Below the pieces are notes generated by a model, which saw nothing but the letters and a program-made list of their open reading frames with translations, was not told the origin of the DNA and did no database searches. From an uncultured delta proteobacterium (GTDB taxonomy: Bacteria; Desulfobacterota; Binatia; UBA9968): DNA of 64,000 nt. A program made the translations under genes and the position numbers. Of the stretch, positions 19,041 through 28,550 are shown one piece after another; position 1 is the first letter of the stretch, and the number at the start of each line of letters is the position of its first letter. The DNA is taken from positions 32,001 to 96,000 of the forward strand of contig CAWFJP010000012.1 of assembly GCA_963816145.1 (NCBI GenBank), given 5' to 3'.

Positions 19041-20510
19041 GTGAGGACTGAAAACATTCCGGTGGTTGTTGTCGGCGGCGGCAGCGCCGCCTTTGAAGCG
19101 GCGGTGGCGGCCAAGCAAGCCGGCACGCCGAAAGTCGTGATGTTGGAGAAAGCGCCGGAGCCGGAGTTCGGCGGCAATGCGCGCTATTCCCACACCGGTT
19201 TTCGCTGGGTGTTTTCCGGTCCCGAGGAGATTCGCAAGTTCCTGCCGGAGATGAACGACGAAATGTTTGCCAAGCTGCATATTCCAGCCTACAGCGCGGA
19301 GCAGTTTCACTCCGACCTGCAGCGGGTGACGCGGGGACGGATCAGCAAAGAACTTGCCGAGATCTTGGTGACGCAATCCACCGCGGCGATTCATTGGATG
19401 CGCGAAGTCGGCATCAAATGGGACATCGACAGTTATGTGATCATCGACGGGAAATATTACTTCGAACCGGGGATGGTGATCCATCCGCGCGGCGGCGTTA
19501 ACGGCGGTCTGGATCAGCTCATGCAGTGGCGCGATATCGCCACCAAGATGGGCATCGAACTGCGCTACGAGTCACGGGTCGCGGCGCTGCTCGGCAACGA
19601 CCGGCGCATCGACGGCGTCCGCGTCTCCGATCCCAACGAAGAGTATGAAATTCGCGCCAACTCGGTTATTCTCTGCGCCGGCGGATTTCAAGCGAGCGCC
19701 GAGAAGCGCGCCCGTTATCTCGGCCCCAACGCCGACCTGATGAAGGTGCGCGGCAGCAAGCACGACACCGGCGAAGTTCTCATGATGGCCATCGATATGG
19801 GGGCCAAAACCGCAGGCCATTGGCAAGGCGCCCACGCAACGCCCATCGACGCGACCTTTCCCGATGTCGAAATCAGCAACAAGGCCAATCGCTACGGCTA
19901 TACTTATGGCATCACCGTCAATTCTCTCGGACAACGCTTTTTCGACGAGGGCGAAGCGCGCCATTCTTACACCTACGCCAAGACCGGCTGGGCGGTGCTG
20001 GGGCAACCGGGTGCTATCGCCTATCAAATCTACGATCAGAAGGCGTTGGGGCTGTTGAACAAACGGTATTACGAATTTTCCCATCCCATCGAAGCGGACA
20101 CGGTTGAAGAGTTGGCGCGGAAGATCAGCATCGAGCCGATGATCCTCAAACGGACCATCGACGAATTCAACGGCGCGATCCGCAAAGACATTCCGTTCGA
20201 TGCGACCAAACTCGACGGCCGCTGCACCGAAGGCATCACGCCGAAGAAATCCCACTGGGCCGATACCCTCGACCGGCCGCCCTACTTCGCCTACGCGGTT
20301 ACCGGCGGTGTCACGTTTACCTTCGGTGGCCTGCAGATCAATACACAAGCGCAGGTGTTGAACACATCGAATAATCCGATCCGCGGCCTATTCGCCTCCG
20401 GCGATATCGTCGGTTTGTTCTTCCATAACTATCCATCCTGTACCGGTCAGACGCGCAACGTGGTGTTCTCCCGGTTGGCCGGTAGAAACGCCGCGGCGCA
20501 AGGACTGTGA
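19041..20510 (+). CDS. tcuA: FAD-dependent tricarballylate dehydrogenase-like flavoprotein (copy 2)
   Basis: Intact 489 aa FAD_binding_2 protein with GGNARYS, RFFDEG, TYAKTG, TFTFGGL and GLFFHNYP. GGAGG RBS. Confidence 0.8.
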   Translation: MRTENIPVVVVGGGSAAFEAAVAAKQAGTPKVVMLEKAPEPEFGGNARYSHTGFRWVFSGPEEIRKFLPEMNDEMFAKLHIPAYSAEQFHSDLQRVTRGRISKELAEILVTQSTAAIHWMREVGIKWDIDSYVIIDGKYYFEPGMVIHPRGGVNGGLDQLMQWRDIATKMGIELRYESRVAALLGNDRRIDGVRVSDPNEEYEIRANSVILCAGGFQASAEKRARYLGPNADLMKVRGSKHDTGEVLMMAIDMGAKTAGHWQGAHATPIDATFPDVEISNKANRYGYTYGITVNSLGQRFFDEGEARHSYTYAKTGWAVLGQPGAIAYQIYDQKALGLLNKRYYEFSHPIEADTVEELARKISIEPMILKRTIDEFNGAIRKDIPFDATKLDGRCTEGITPKKSHWADTLDRPPYFAYAVTGGVTFTFGGLQINTQAQVLNTSNNPIRGLFASGDIVGLFFHNYPSCTGQTRNVVFSRLAGRNAAAQGL

Positions 20511-20567
20511 AATAAGGCCGCGGACGACGCATTGCAGGTTGCAAATTACACATTCCAGATTGCACTG

Positions 20568-21641
20568 ATGAAGCGTGTTTCGGCTGTACCGGTTCGGCGC
20601 ATGAGTTATATTTTCGCGGTGGCAACTTTGGGGCTAGCGTTGCTCGTCCGAGTGCCGCTTGCGTTGGCGCAGACCGAGAAGAATTGGTTCGATGGCAAGG
20701 TGATCCAATTGTTGGTGGCAAGCGGCGCCGGCGCGACTACCGACATCGGCGCTCGTCTGGTGGGCCGCTTCCTCGGTAAATATATACCAGGGAATCCCGG
20801 GGTCCTTGTGCGTAATATGCCGGGCGCCGGCGGGCTAGTGGCAGCGAATTATCTTTACAGTGTCGCCAAGCCGGACGGGTTGACCCTCGCGGCGATCAGC
20901 CGGGCCAACTACATGGAGCAGATCGTCGGCCGTCCCGAGGCCAAAGCAGACTTCCGCAAATTCAATTGGATCGGCAGCTTCAATAAATCGCCGATGATGG
21001 CGGCTTGCCGTTCGGACACTGAATACAAAAGCATCGCCGCCATCCGCGCTGCGAAAACTCCGCCCCGCTTCGGCCAATCGGGCACCGGCAGTATCAGCTA
21101 CATCTTCGCCAACTTGATGGAACGGATGCTCGATATCAGGTTGAAAAACGTCACCGGATTTCAGGGTGGCCGCGACACCGATCTCGGGTTGGAGCGCGGC
21201 GAGATCGATTGCCGTGCGACTTCGGACGTCACGGTGATTCGCGCGCCATGGAATCGTTGGGTCAAAGATAACTATGTCACCTTTATCGTCCAACAAGGTC
21301 CTGAGAAGAGCGCGCTCTTACCGCCAGCGCCTACGGTGGCGGAACTCGCGCGCCCTGAGGCGAAGTCCTATCTAAATTTAATGAATGTTATGCTCGCCTA
21401 CACCGAGTTCGACCGCCCCTTTGCTGCACCACCGGGAGTGTCCAAGGAGCGCGTGCAGATTCTGCGCGAGAGCTTCGAGCGGATGTTGAAGGACGGCGAA
21501 TTCACCGCCGAGGCCAAAAAGCTGCTCGACTGGGACGGCACGACCTTTCTCAGCGGCGACCAGCTGCAAAAAAGAATGATCGACACGGTCACCCAACCCG
21601 CAGACGTTGTCAAGCGGGTGAAAGAGATCATGGCGGAGTAA
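20568..21641 (+). CDS. Tripartite tricarboxylate transporter substrate-binding protein (TctC/Bug)
   Basis: GATTDIGAR, NMPGAGG, AKPDGLT, LERGEID, APPGV. Start codon uncertain (20532, 20568 or 20601). Confidence 0.88.
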   Translation: MKRVSAVPVRRMSYIFAVATLGLALLVRVPLALAQTEKNWFDGKVIQLLVASGAGATTDIGARLVGRFLGKYIPGNPGVLVRNMPGAGGLVAANYLYSVAKPDGLTLAAISRANYMEQIVGRPEAKADFRKFNWIGSFNKSPMMAACRSDTEYKSIAAIRAAKTPPRFGQSGTGSISYIFANLMERMLDIRLKNVTGFQGGRDTDLGLERGEIDCRATSDVTVIRAPWNRWVKDNYVTFIVQQGPEKSALLPPAPTVAELARPEAKSYLNLMNVMLAYTEFDRPFAAPPGVSKERVQILRESFERMLKDGEFTAEAKKLLDWDGTTFLSGDQLQKRMIDTVTQPADVVKRVKEIMAE

Positions 21642-21681
21642 TTAAGTCGAGTTCCGCGGTCGATCGTGCCTGAGTCAAATT

Positions 21682-23043
21682 TTACAGCTCAATCACGCCA
21701 ATCCCTGAACGATTCACAACCTTCGTCCCATAACGTTTCGATAGCCGTATGACTCGTTCAATCACCCGATCGGCTACATCGCCTTCGGCGAGCACGGGCC
21801 TGCCGCGTTGCGGCCGCGGTCTGCCGAAACCTTGATCGATGGGATGGATGCGGATTTCTTTGAGCTTGTTATTGCTGAACTCGCAGACGGCGAACATGTT
21901 TTCCCAGTAGGCGGGATCGCTGGGGTGGCCTTTTTTCCCGCCGTTAGTGCGCGCGTCGAGGAAATCGGAAGGAGTGGCTTTAAGGTCGAGATCGAAACGC
22001 TCGTAGGCGTCGGCGGGAAAGAAGCCGACGGTTTCGTTTTGAAAGACGAAATTACCGACGCTGTAAAATATCGGTTTGCCTTTGTAGATTTCCACGCCCA
22101 TCGGAAAGTGCGAGCCATGGCCGACGAAAATGTCGGCGCCTTCGTCGATGGCCTGGTGCGCGAACTTGGTGACGAAGTCGGCGGTCTCTTCCAATTCCGC
22201 GCGGGTGGCGGCGGTGAGTAGACTGGCGCCGCCGAATTCATGACAATGGGCGCTGACAACGAGCCAGTCGGCTTGGCGGCGCGCTTCGCGTATCCAGCGC
22301 AGGTTGTCTTGCAGGTCGCGCTGGTTGGCTTCGGTGGCGATGGCGAAACCTTCGCCGGGAACGTAGCGATTGCCGAGCAGGGTCAATTCGGCGGCTTTCC
22401 CGTCGCCAATTTCTTTGTCGCTGTAGAAATGTTTGCGGGCGCGCTCATTGCTCTTTTCAAAGCCGAGACCCTGGCTGATCCGTTTCAGTTGTTCAAAAGC
22501 GGCGGCGTCGACGCTGTACGTGGTGTTGAATCCCAAAGGATTGATGCCAGGTCGGCCGCGCAGGTCGGGACGCTGCTCTCCGGCTTGGTTCCAGGGTCTG
22601 AAAGTGGCGGTGGCGGCGACCAGCGCGACGCGGCCGTTGGGTGTGTCGAGATAACCGGGGGCGCGCGCTTCGGCGAGATTCTTCCCTGTGCCGGCGTGCG
22701 CCATGCCCGCAGAGTCGAGATGTTTGAGATTGGCGAGCACGCCGTCCTCTCCGTAGTCGAAGGCGTGGTTGTTAGCGCAGGAGACCAGATTGATGCCGAG
22801 CCATTGCAAGTCTTCGAGCAGTTTCGGATCGGTGGTCATGAAGGTTCCCTGGGTGATGCCCGGCGTGCCTTCGTCCCAGTTATGGACCGTGCCTTCGAGA
22901 TTGGCGAAGCCTGCATCGGCGTGGTGCAGAATCTCTCGCAGTTTCAGAAATCCCGCTTCTTTGAACGGCGTCAATTTGCGTGTGAGCATGGTATCGCCGG
23001 CCAGCGCGATGGTGAAGTTACCCTTCTCGGACTCATAAGTCAT
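21682..23043 (-). CDS. CapA/PGA_cap family metallophosphatase-fold protein
   Basis: LAGDTM, NLEG, ANNHAFDYG, VGHGSH, FYSVGNF. Confidence 0.88.
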   Translation of the reverse strand: MTYESEKGNFTIALAGDTMLTRKLTPFKEAGFLKLREILHHADAGFANLEGTVHNWDEGTPGITQGTFMTTDPKLLEDLQWLGINLVSCANNHAFDYGEDGVLANLKHLDSAGMAHAGTGKNLAEARAPGYLDTPNGRVALVAATATFRPWNQAGEQRPDLRGRPGINPLGFNTTYSVDAAAFEQLKRISQGLGFEKSNERARKHFYSDKEIGDGKAAELTLLGNRYVPGEGFAIATEANQRDLQDNLRWIREARRQADWLVVSAHCHEFGGASLLTAATRAELEETADFVTKFAHQAIDEGADIFVGHGSHFPMGVEIYKGKPIFYSVGNFVFQNETVGFFPADAYERFDLDLKATPSDFLDARTNGGKKGHPSDPAYWENMFAVCEFSNNKLKEIRIHPIDQGFGRPRPQRGRPVLAEGDVADRVIERVIRLSKRYGTKVVNRSGIGVIEL

Positions 23044-23114
23044 GTTGGTTTCCTTGGTCGATATGCCTGTTTGATATTAATCGGACTTCCTAGCCAAAAT
23101 TCACCGCGAAAATC

Positions 23115-24125
23115 TTACTTAAGCCCCATTACCTTTCGGTAGGTTTGAAAATACTCGTTGTAGCGCGGCGCCAAGGACATGGGCAGCGGGAGGATTTTGG
23201 TTTTTGGCGGCGCTTCTTTGAGAATCGGCGAAGCGACATCGATGCGCGGCGCGTAGTAGCCGGCGGCGGCGGTCAATTCCTGGCCTTCGCGTGACAGGAG
23301 AAAATCATTGAACAGCCGGGCGGCGTAGGGATGGGGCGCGTCCTTGACGACCGCCGTGCCGAAGGTTAAACCGATCACCGGTTCAGGCGCGATCCACTCG
23401 ATCGGCGCGCCCTCCTTTTTCAAACGGTCGACGCCGTTGGCAAAAGCCACGACCACGGCGGCACGTTCACCGGCGGCGAGCAGCGTCTGTATCGACGAAT
23501 GGCCGGTGCGGAACTGAATGTCCTGCGCGGCGAGCATTTTCAGCAGCTCCAAGGTTTTCGCCTCGCCATAGTACTGCATCATGCCCGCCATCCACTTGCT
23601 CTCGTTGTCGTCCATGAGCAACTGGCTTTTCCACTTCGCGCCAGTCAGATCCCAGAAGCTTTTCGGCGCATCGGCGGCGGCGACCATCTTTTTGTTATAG
23701 GCGATCACATTGAGCGTCGCCGATGCCATCACCCACAGTCCTTTCTCGTCGCGGTAATCTCCCGGAAACGCGGCGCGCTCGGGGGAAACATAGCTGTCGA
23801 AGAGCCCCTTCTGTAAGACGCCGTAGAAATCGAATGCCGACTGATGCACGACGTCGGCGCGGACCTTGCGTGACTGGGCCTCGGCGATCAGCCGGGTCGC
23901 CATGCGCTCTGAGCCGATGCGCGTGGCCTCGACCTTAATGTAGGGATGCCTGCGTTCGAAGGCCGCGGTGAGTCGCTGGGCCGACGGCACCTCCATCGAA
24001 GCGTAGAAGACTACCTGGCCTTCCTTCTTCGCTCCATCGATCAATCCCTGCGCCGACGCCACCGAGTTCACGATCAGCATCCAGGTGAGGCAGAACCACA
24101 ATCTTGCCAAACATCCCTGCGCCAT
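23115..24125 (-). CDS. ABC transporter substrate-binding protein (Fe/thiamine AfuA-like)
   Basis: AKKEGQVVFY, PKSFWDL..AKWK, GAPIEW, APHPYAARLF.DFLLSREGQ. Confidence 0.88.
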   Translation of the reverse strand: MAQGCLARLWFCLTWMLIVNSVASAQGLIDGAKKEGQVVFYASMEVPSAQRLTAAFERRHPYIKVEATRIGSERMATRLIAEAQSRKVRADVVHQSAFDFYGVLQKGLFDSYVSPERAAFPGDYRDEKGLWVMASATLNVIAYNKKMVAAADAPKSFWDLTGAKWKSQLLMDDNESKWMAGMMQYYGEAKTLELLKMLAAQDIQFRTGHSSIQTLLAAGERAAVVVAFANGVDRLKKEGAPIEWIAPEPVIGLTFGTAVVKDAPHPYAARLFNDFLLSREGQELTAAAGYYAPRIDVASPILKEAPPKTKILPLPMSLAPRYNEYFQTYRKVMGLK

Positions 24126-24259
24126 TGAGAACCTCCCAATCGGTCCGCGATTCGGCTGTGATGATTAACACCGAACCTCGGCCAGCGTCAACGCGCAATG
24201 CATTAATTCAAAACCACAATAGGCGTTGCTTTAGGAAACAGCCAGAAGTCGACTTTACC

Positions 24260-24290
24260 TTGACAACCCTAGGTTTTTCCAATACAAAAT
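24260..24290 (+). promoter_or_regulatory. Putative sigma70 promoter of the nuo operon
   Basis: TTGACA at 24260-24265 and TACAAAAT at 24283-24290. Confidence 0.55.
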
Positions 24291-24325
24291 TCGCTAGATC
24301 GAAAGATCATAGCGCGCCCAATAAT

Positions 24326-24362
24326 CCATACCTTTTCGATCCGGGGAGGTATGGTTTTTTTT
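24326..24362 (+). terminator. Intrinsic terminator-like hairpin in the nuoA leader (candidate attenuator)
   Basis: CCATACCTTTTCG-ATC-CGGGGAGGTATGG forms a 13-bp stem with 3 G:U pairs, followed by T8. Confidence 0.7.
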
Positions 24363-24377
24363 AATGGTTTTCACGAC

Positions 24378-24734
24378 ATGAACGATCCCTTTTTGCCATT
24401 GCTAGTGATTTTCGCGGTTGCGAGCGTGATCGTCCTCGCGCTGCTGGCGATGGCATCGTTCCTGGGTCCCAAGTCGATCAATGCGGCCAAGAGCGAGCCC
24501 TTCGAATCGGGTAATCCGCCCAAAGGTGACGCGCGCATTCGTTTCTCGGTGCGTTTCTACCTGGTCGCCATGTTGTTTCTGATCTTCGACCTGGAAGTCG
24601 TGTTTCTTTACCCGTGGGCGATTTATTTCCGCCAATTGGGCGTTTTCGGCCTGGTCCAGATGGGCATTTTCCTGGCGATTCTGACGATCGGCTACGCTTA
24701 CGTTTGGAAAAAAGGCGCCCTTGAATGGGATTGA
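24378..24734 (+). CDS. nuoA: NADH-quinone oxidoreductase subunit A
   Basis: KSEPFESG, RFYLVAMLFLIFDLE, WKKGALEWD. Confidence 0.96.
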   Translation: MNDPFLPLLVIFAVASVIVLALLAMASFLGPKSINAAKSEPFESGNPPKGDARIRFSVRFYLVAMLFLIFDLEVVFLYPWAIYFRQLGVFGLVQMGIFLAILTIGYAYVWKKGALEWD

Positions 24735-24740
24735 GTGTAC

Positions 24741-25304
24741 ATGGTTGAAGCGAGCCCCCAACTCCAACATATCCAGGATAAGCTTGGCGCCAGAGTGTTG
24801 AATGTCAGTGAACCCCAAGGGGATGATGTCATCGCTCTGGATCGCGCCGGTTTGCGCGAAAGTTTTCGCTTGCTCAAGCAAGACGGCGAACTCAGTTTTA
24901 ATTTCCTTTCCGACATTACCGCAGTCGATTATTGGCAAAAGCAGGAGCCGCGTTTTGAGGTCGTCTATCAACTGGTCTCTCTCAAACACCGCCGGCGCTT
25001 GCGTGTGCGCGTGGGGGTGCCGGAAGCTGATGCGGTGGTCGACTCACTGACGCCGCTCTGGCGCGGCGCCAACTTTCTCGAGCGGGAAGTCTGGGATCTT
25101 TACGGCATCCGTTTCAGCGATCATCCGGACTTGCGGCGTATCTTGCTCTATGACGAATTCACTGGCCACCCGCTGCGCAAGGACTATCCGGTCAATCTGT
25201 GCCAGCCGCGGGTGCCGGAACGGCATGTCGACGGCACGTTCGTCGACGAGCGGTCGCATAACAAACTGCTGCGTTTACAGAAAAGTTTGGCAAAGAAGAA
25301 CTAG
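24741..25304 (+). CDS. nuoC: NADH-quinone oxidoreductase subunit C
   Basis: DITAVDY, EREVWDLYGIRF..HPDLRRIL, GHPLRKDYP. Confidence 0.96.
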   Translation: MVEASPQLQHIQDKLGARVLNVSEPQGDDVIALDRAGLRESFRLLKQDGELSFNFLSDITAVDYWQKQEPRFEVVYQLVSLKHRRRLRVRVGVPEADAVVDSLTPLWRGANFLEREVWDLYGIRFSDHPDLRRILLYDEFTGHPLRKDYPVNLCQPRVPERHVDGTFVDERSHNKLLRLQKSLAKKN

Positions 25305-25325
25305 CCGCCGCGCCCGAACAACTCG

Positions 25326-26516
25326 ATGAAAGCCGATAATCCAGAGCTGCCGCATGAAATCATGGAGTTGCAGATGGGACCGTCCCATCCGGCGACTCAT
25401 GGCACCATCAAGTTCAATCTCAAGCTCGAAGGCGAAAAGGTGCTCGACTGCGACGTCGAGTTGGGCTTTCTCCATCGCGGATTCGATAAAAGCTGCGAAC
25501 AGTCGACCTGGACCCAAGTCATTCCCTACACCGACCGGCTTAATTATGCTTCCTCGTTGATCAATAACGTCGGCTACGCGCTCGCCGTGGAGAAACTGAT
25601 CGGCGCGCCTACGCCGCCGCGCTGCCAGTATATCCGGGTGATCGTCAGCGAGCTGGCGCGCATCTTTGATCATCTAACCTGCTGCGGCATGGCTGCTTCG
25701 GAGCTGGGCGCGATCACGGTGGGATTTTACATGATCGAAGCGCGCGAGCTGATAACCCGGATCGTCGAGAATCTCACGGGCGCGCGCCTGACCGTAACCT
25801 ACGTGCGCATCGGCGGCGTCAAGCATGACTTGCCGCAGGATTTCGCCGAGCGCGTGACCTCGACTTTCACGACCATTCGTAAATTGCTCGACGATTGCGA
25901 TAGCTTGTTGTCGCGCAACCGGATTTTCCTCGACCGCATGTCCAACATTGGCGTGATTTCCCAGGAGTCGGCGCTCGATCACAGCCTCACCGGGCCGATC
26001 CTGCGCGCCACCGGAGTCAACTACGACGTGCGCAAGGCATTCCCCTATTTGGTTTACGATCAGATGGAGTTTGAAGTGCCGGTGGGCAGTCACGGTGATA
26101 ACTATGACCGCTTCCTGTGCCGGCTTGGTGAGATCCAGCAGAGTATGAAGATCGTCGAACAGGCGCTGCGCCAGTTGCCGATCGGTCCGGTATGGATCGA
26201 TGATCCAAGATTTGTCTTGCCGGAAAAGGAAAAAGTTTACGGCAGCATCGAAGGCTTGATGCACCATTTCAAGATCATCATGGAAGGCATTCATGTGCCG
26301 GCGGGCGAGACTTACAGCGCGGTGGAAGGCGGCAACGGCGAATTGGGTTTTTACGTTGTCAGCGATGGCGGCGGCAAACCTTACCGTTTGCGCGTGCGCC
26401 CGCCCTGTTTCATCGCCATGGGCGCGTTTGCCGAGATGATCAAAGGCTACATGGTCGCGGATATCGTGCCGACCTTCGGCATGATTAACATGATCGGCGG
26501 GGAGTGCGATCGCTGA
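25326..26516 (+). CDS. nuoD: NADH-quinone oxidoreductase subunit D
   Basis: MGPSHPATHG, GFLHRG, YTDRLNY, GELG, C-terminal GECDR. Confidence 0.97.
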   Translation: MKADNPELPHEIMELQMGPSHPATHGTIKFNLKLEGEKVLDCDVELGFLHRGFDKSCEQSTWTQVIPYTDRLNYASSLINNVGYALAVEKLIGAPTPPRCQYIRVIVSELARIFDHLTCCGMAASELGAITVGFYMIEARELITRIVENLTGARLTVTYVRIGGVKHDLPQDFAERVTSTFTTIRKLLDDCDSLLSRNRIFLDRMSNIGVISQESALDHSLTGPILRATGVNYDVRKAFPYLVYDQMEFEVPVGSHGDNYDRFLCRLGEIQQSMKIVEQALRQLPIGPVWIDDPRFVLPEKEKVYGSIEGLMHHFKIIMEGIHVPAGETYSAVEGGNGELGFYVVSDGGGKPYRLRVRPPCFIAMGAFAEMIKGYMVADIVPTFGMINMIGGECDR

Positions 26517-26601
26517 GAGTAATTGAGAACGGAAAATGGAGAATGGAAAATTAGGGATAACCTAATGTCGGGGGCGATCATCTAGCCTCGATTCGATAAT
26601 C

Positions 26602-27075
26602 ATGGCTCTAGAGTTTTCACCAGAGACGCTGAAGGAGTTCGAGGCGGCGGTGGCGCGCTATCCGAAGAAGGAAGCGGCGATGCTGCCGGTGCTTTATTTG
26701 GCTCAGCGTGAGTTCGGCCATCTCGGGCCGGAGGCGATCGAGTATGTTGCCAAGCTGATGGACCAGGCGCCGTCGCGCGTGCAGGGCGTGGTGAGTTTTT
26801 ACACCATGTACAACATGAAGCCGATCGGGCGCCACCATATTCAAGTTTGCCGCACTTTACCCTGCGCTTTGCGCGGCGCCGAAGAGGTGACGGAGTTTCT
26901 CAAGAAAAAGCTCGGCATCGATTGCGGCCAAACAACGCCGGACGGCCGGTTCACCCTTTCCGAAGTGGAATGTTTGGCCTCCTGCGGCACGGCGCCGATG
27001 ATGCAGGTCAACGACGAGTATTATGAAAATCTGACGGAGGAGAAGATCAACGCGCTCCTCGACGTATTGAAGTAA
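26602..27075 (+). CDS. nuoE: NADH-quinone oxidoreductase subunit E
   Basis: VCRTLPC and ECLASCGTAP 2Fe-2S ligands. Confidence 0.96.
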   Translation: MALEFSPETLKEFEAAVARYPKKEAAMLPVLYLAQREFGHLGPEAIEYVAKLMDQAPSRVQGVVSFYTMYNMKPIGRHHIQVCRTLPCALRGAEEVTEFLKKKLGIDCGQTTPDGRFTLSEVECLASCGTAPMMQVNDEYYENLTEEKINALLDVLK

Positions 27076-27085
27076 TAAACAGTCC

Positions 27086-27163
27086 GTCATGCCCGCGAAA
27101 GCGGGCATCCAGGCGAGACGTTGCATAAAACGAAACCTGGATTCCCGCTTTCGCGGGAATGAC
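27086..27163. repeat. GTCAT...ATGAC double-hairpin REP-like element
   Basis: GTCATGCCCGCGAAAGCGGGCATCCA ... TGGATTCCCGCTTTCGCGGGAATGAC between nuoE and nuoF. Confidence 0.85.
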
Positions 27164-27201
27164 GATAAGGCGAAAATCGACTTAGTTGACGGATTTTTAG
27201 A

Positions 27202-28470
27202 GTGGAAAAGGTTTTACTCCGCAATATCGGTATTCCGGATTCGCATACGCTGGCGACCTACAAGTCGCGCGGCGGTTACGATTCCTGGCGAAAAGTTGTC
27301 CAGAGCATGAAGCCGGAGCAGCTGATCGAAGAAGTCAAGGCTTCAGGCCTGCGCGGCCGCGGCGGCGCAGGCTTCCCGACTGGGATGAAGTGGAGCTTTG
27401 TGCCCAAGGACAATCCCAAGCCTAAATATGTGGTCTGCAATGCTGATGAGAGCGAGCCGGGAACCTTTAAAGACCGTTTGCTGATCGAGCAGGACCCGCA
27501 CGCAGTCGTCGAAGGATCTCTAATCTCGGCCTTCGCGATCGGGTCGCACATGGCGTTTATTTACATTCGCGGTGAGATGGTATTTGGCGCCAAGCGCTTG
27601 GAACAGGCGGTTACCGAAGTATACCAAGCCGGCTTAATCGGCAAGAATATTTTCGGCTCGGGCTATAATCTCGATTTGATCGTCCATCGTGGCGCCGGAG
27701 CGTATATTTGCGGCGAGGAGACCGGCTTGCTGTCGTCCCTCGAAGGCGGCCGTGGATGGCCCAAGGTCAAGCCGCCGTTTCCGGCCACCCACGGGCTATT
27801 CGGTTGTCCGACAGTGGTAAACAATGTAGAGACGCTGGCGACGCTGCCGTGGATCATCGAACGGGGCGCAGCGGCCTACGCGGCGATGGGCACCGAAAAA
27901 AGCAAAGGGACCAAGCTCTTCAGCGTCAGCGGCCACATTAGCCGGCCCGGCGTGTACGAACTCGAAATGGGTTATCCCCTCAAAAAATTTCTCGAGGAAG
28001 ATTGCGGCGGCGTGCCTAACGGGAAAAAACTCAAAGGAGTCATTCCCGGCGGCGGTTCGATGCCCGTGCTGCTTCCCGACGAAATTGACAAAGTGAACCT
28101 CGACTACGAATCCGTCCAGGCGGCGGGCAGCCTGCTCGGTTCGGGGGGCGTCATCGTCATGGACGAAACGACCTGCATGGTGAGGGCCGCGTTGAACCTT
28201 TCGCGATTTTTCGCGCACGAGTCCTGCGGCCAATGCAGCCCATGCCGCGAAGGCTGCCACTGGATGGAGAAGCTTCTGCACCGGATCGAATACGGCCAGG
28301 GCGAACCAGGTGACTTAGACTTGATTCTCAACGTCGCCGGAAACATTGCGGGCAACACGATCTGCCCCTTTGGTGATGCCGCCGCCTGGCCGCCGGGCGC
28401 ATTCATCCGCAAGTTTCGCGGCGAATTCGAAGCGCATATCGCGGCGGGGAAATGCACGGTGCGAAATTAG
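27202..28470 (+). CDS. nuoF: NADH-quinone oxidoreductase subunit F
   Basis: SGLRGRGGAGFPTGMKW, NADESEPGTFKD, GAGAYICGEET, ESCGQCSPCREG. Confidence 0.97.
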   Translation: MEKVLLRNIGIPDSHTLATYKSRGGYDSWRKVVQSMKPEQLIEEVKASGLRGRGGAGFPTGMKWSFVPKDNPKPKYVVCNADESEPGTFKDRLLIEQDPHAVVEGSLISAFAIGSHMAFIYIRGEMVFGAKRLEQAVTEVYQAGLIGKNIFGSGYNLDLIVHRGAGAYICGEETGLLSSLEGGRGWPKVKPPFPATHGLFGCPTVVNNVETLATLPWIIERGAAAYAAMGTEKSKGTKLFSVSGHISRPGVYELEMGYPLKKFLEEDCGGVPNGKKLKGVIPGGGSMPVLLPDEIDKVNLDYESVQAAGSLLGSGGVIVMDETTCMVRAALNLSRFFAHESCGQCSPCREGCHWMEKLLHRIEYGQGEPGDLDLILNVAGNIAGNTICPFGDAAAWPPGAFIRKFRGEFEAHIAAGKCTVRN

Positions 28471-28550
28471 TTTACAGCGGTCAGTTATCAGGTCGCAATC
28501 CGGACATTGACCTGATAGCTGATCACTGATGGCTCGCACAAATTAAAATT

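Noticed and set aside
21682-23043. Poly-gamma-glutamate capsule locus
   Set aside because: A CapA-family gene alone, with no capB or capC and no obvious membrane anchor.
24351-24377. Upstream ATG 24351 as the nuoA start, or a FourU thermometer
   Set aside because: GGAGG is only 1 nt from this ATG and the extension runs through the T8 tract. ATG 24378 gives a normal-length NuoA, and the hairpin fits a terminator better.
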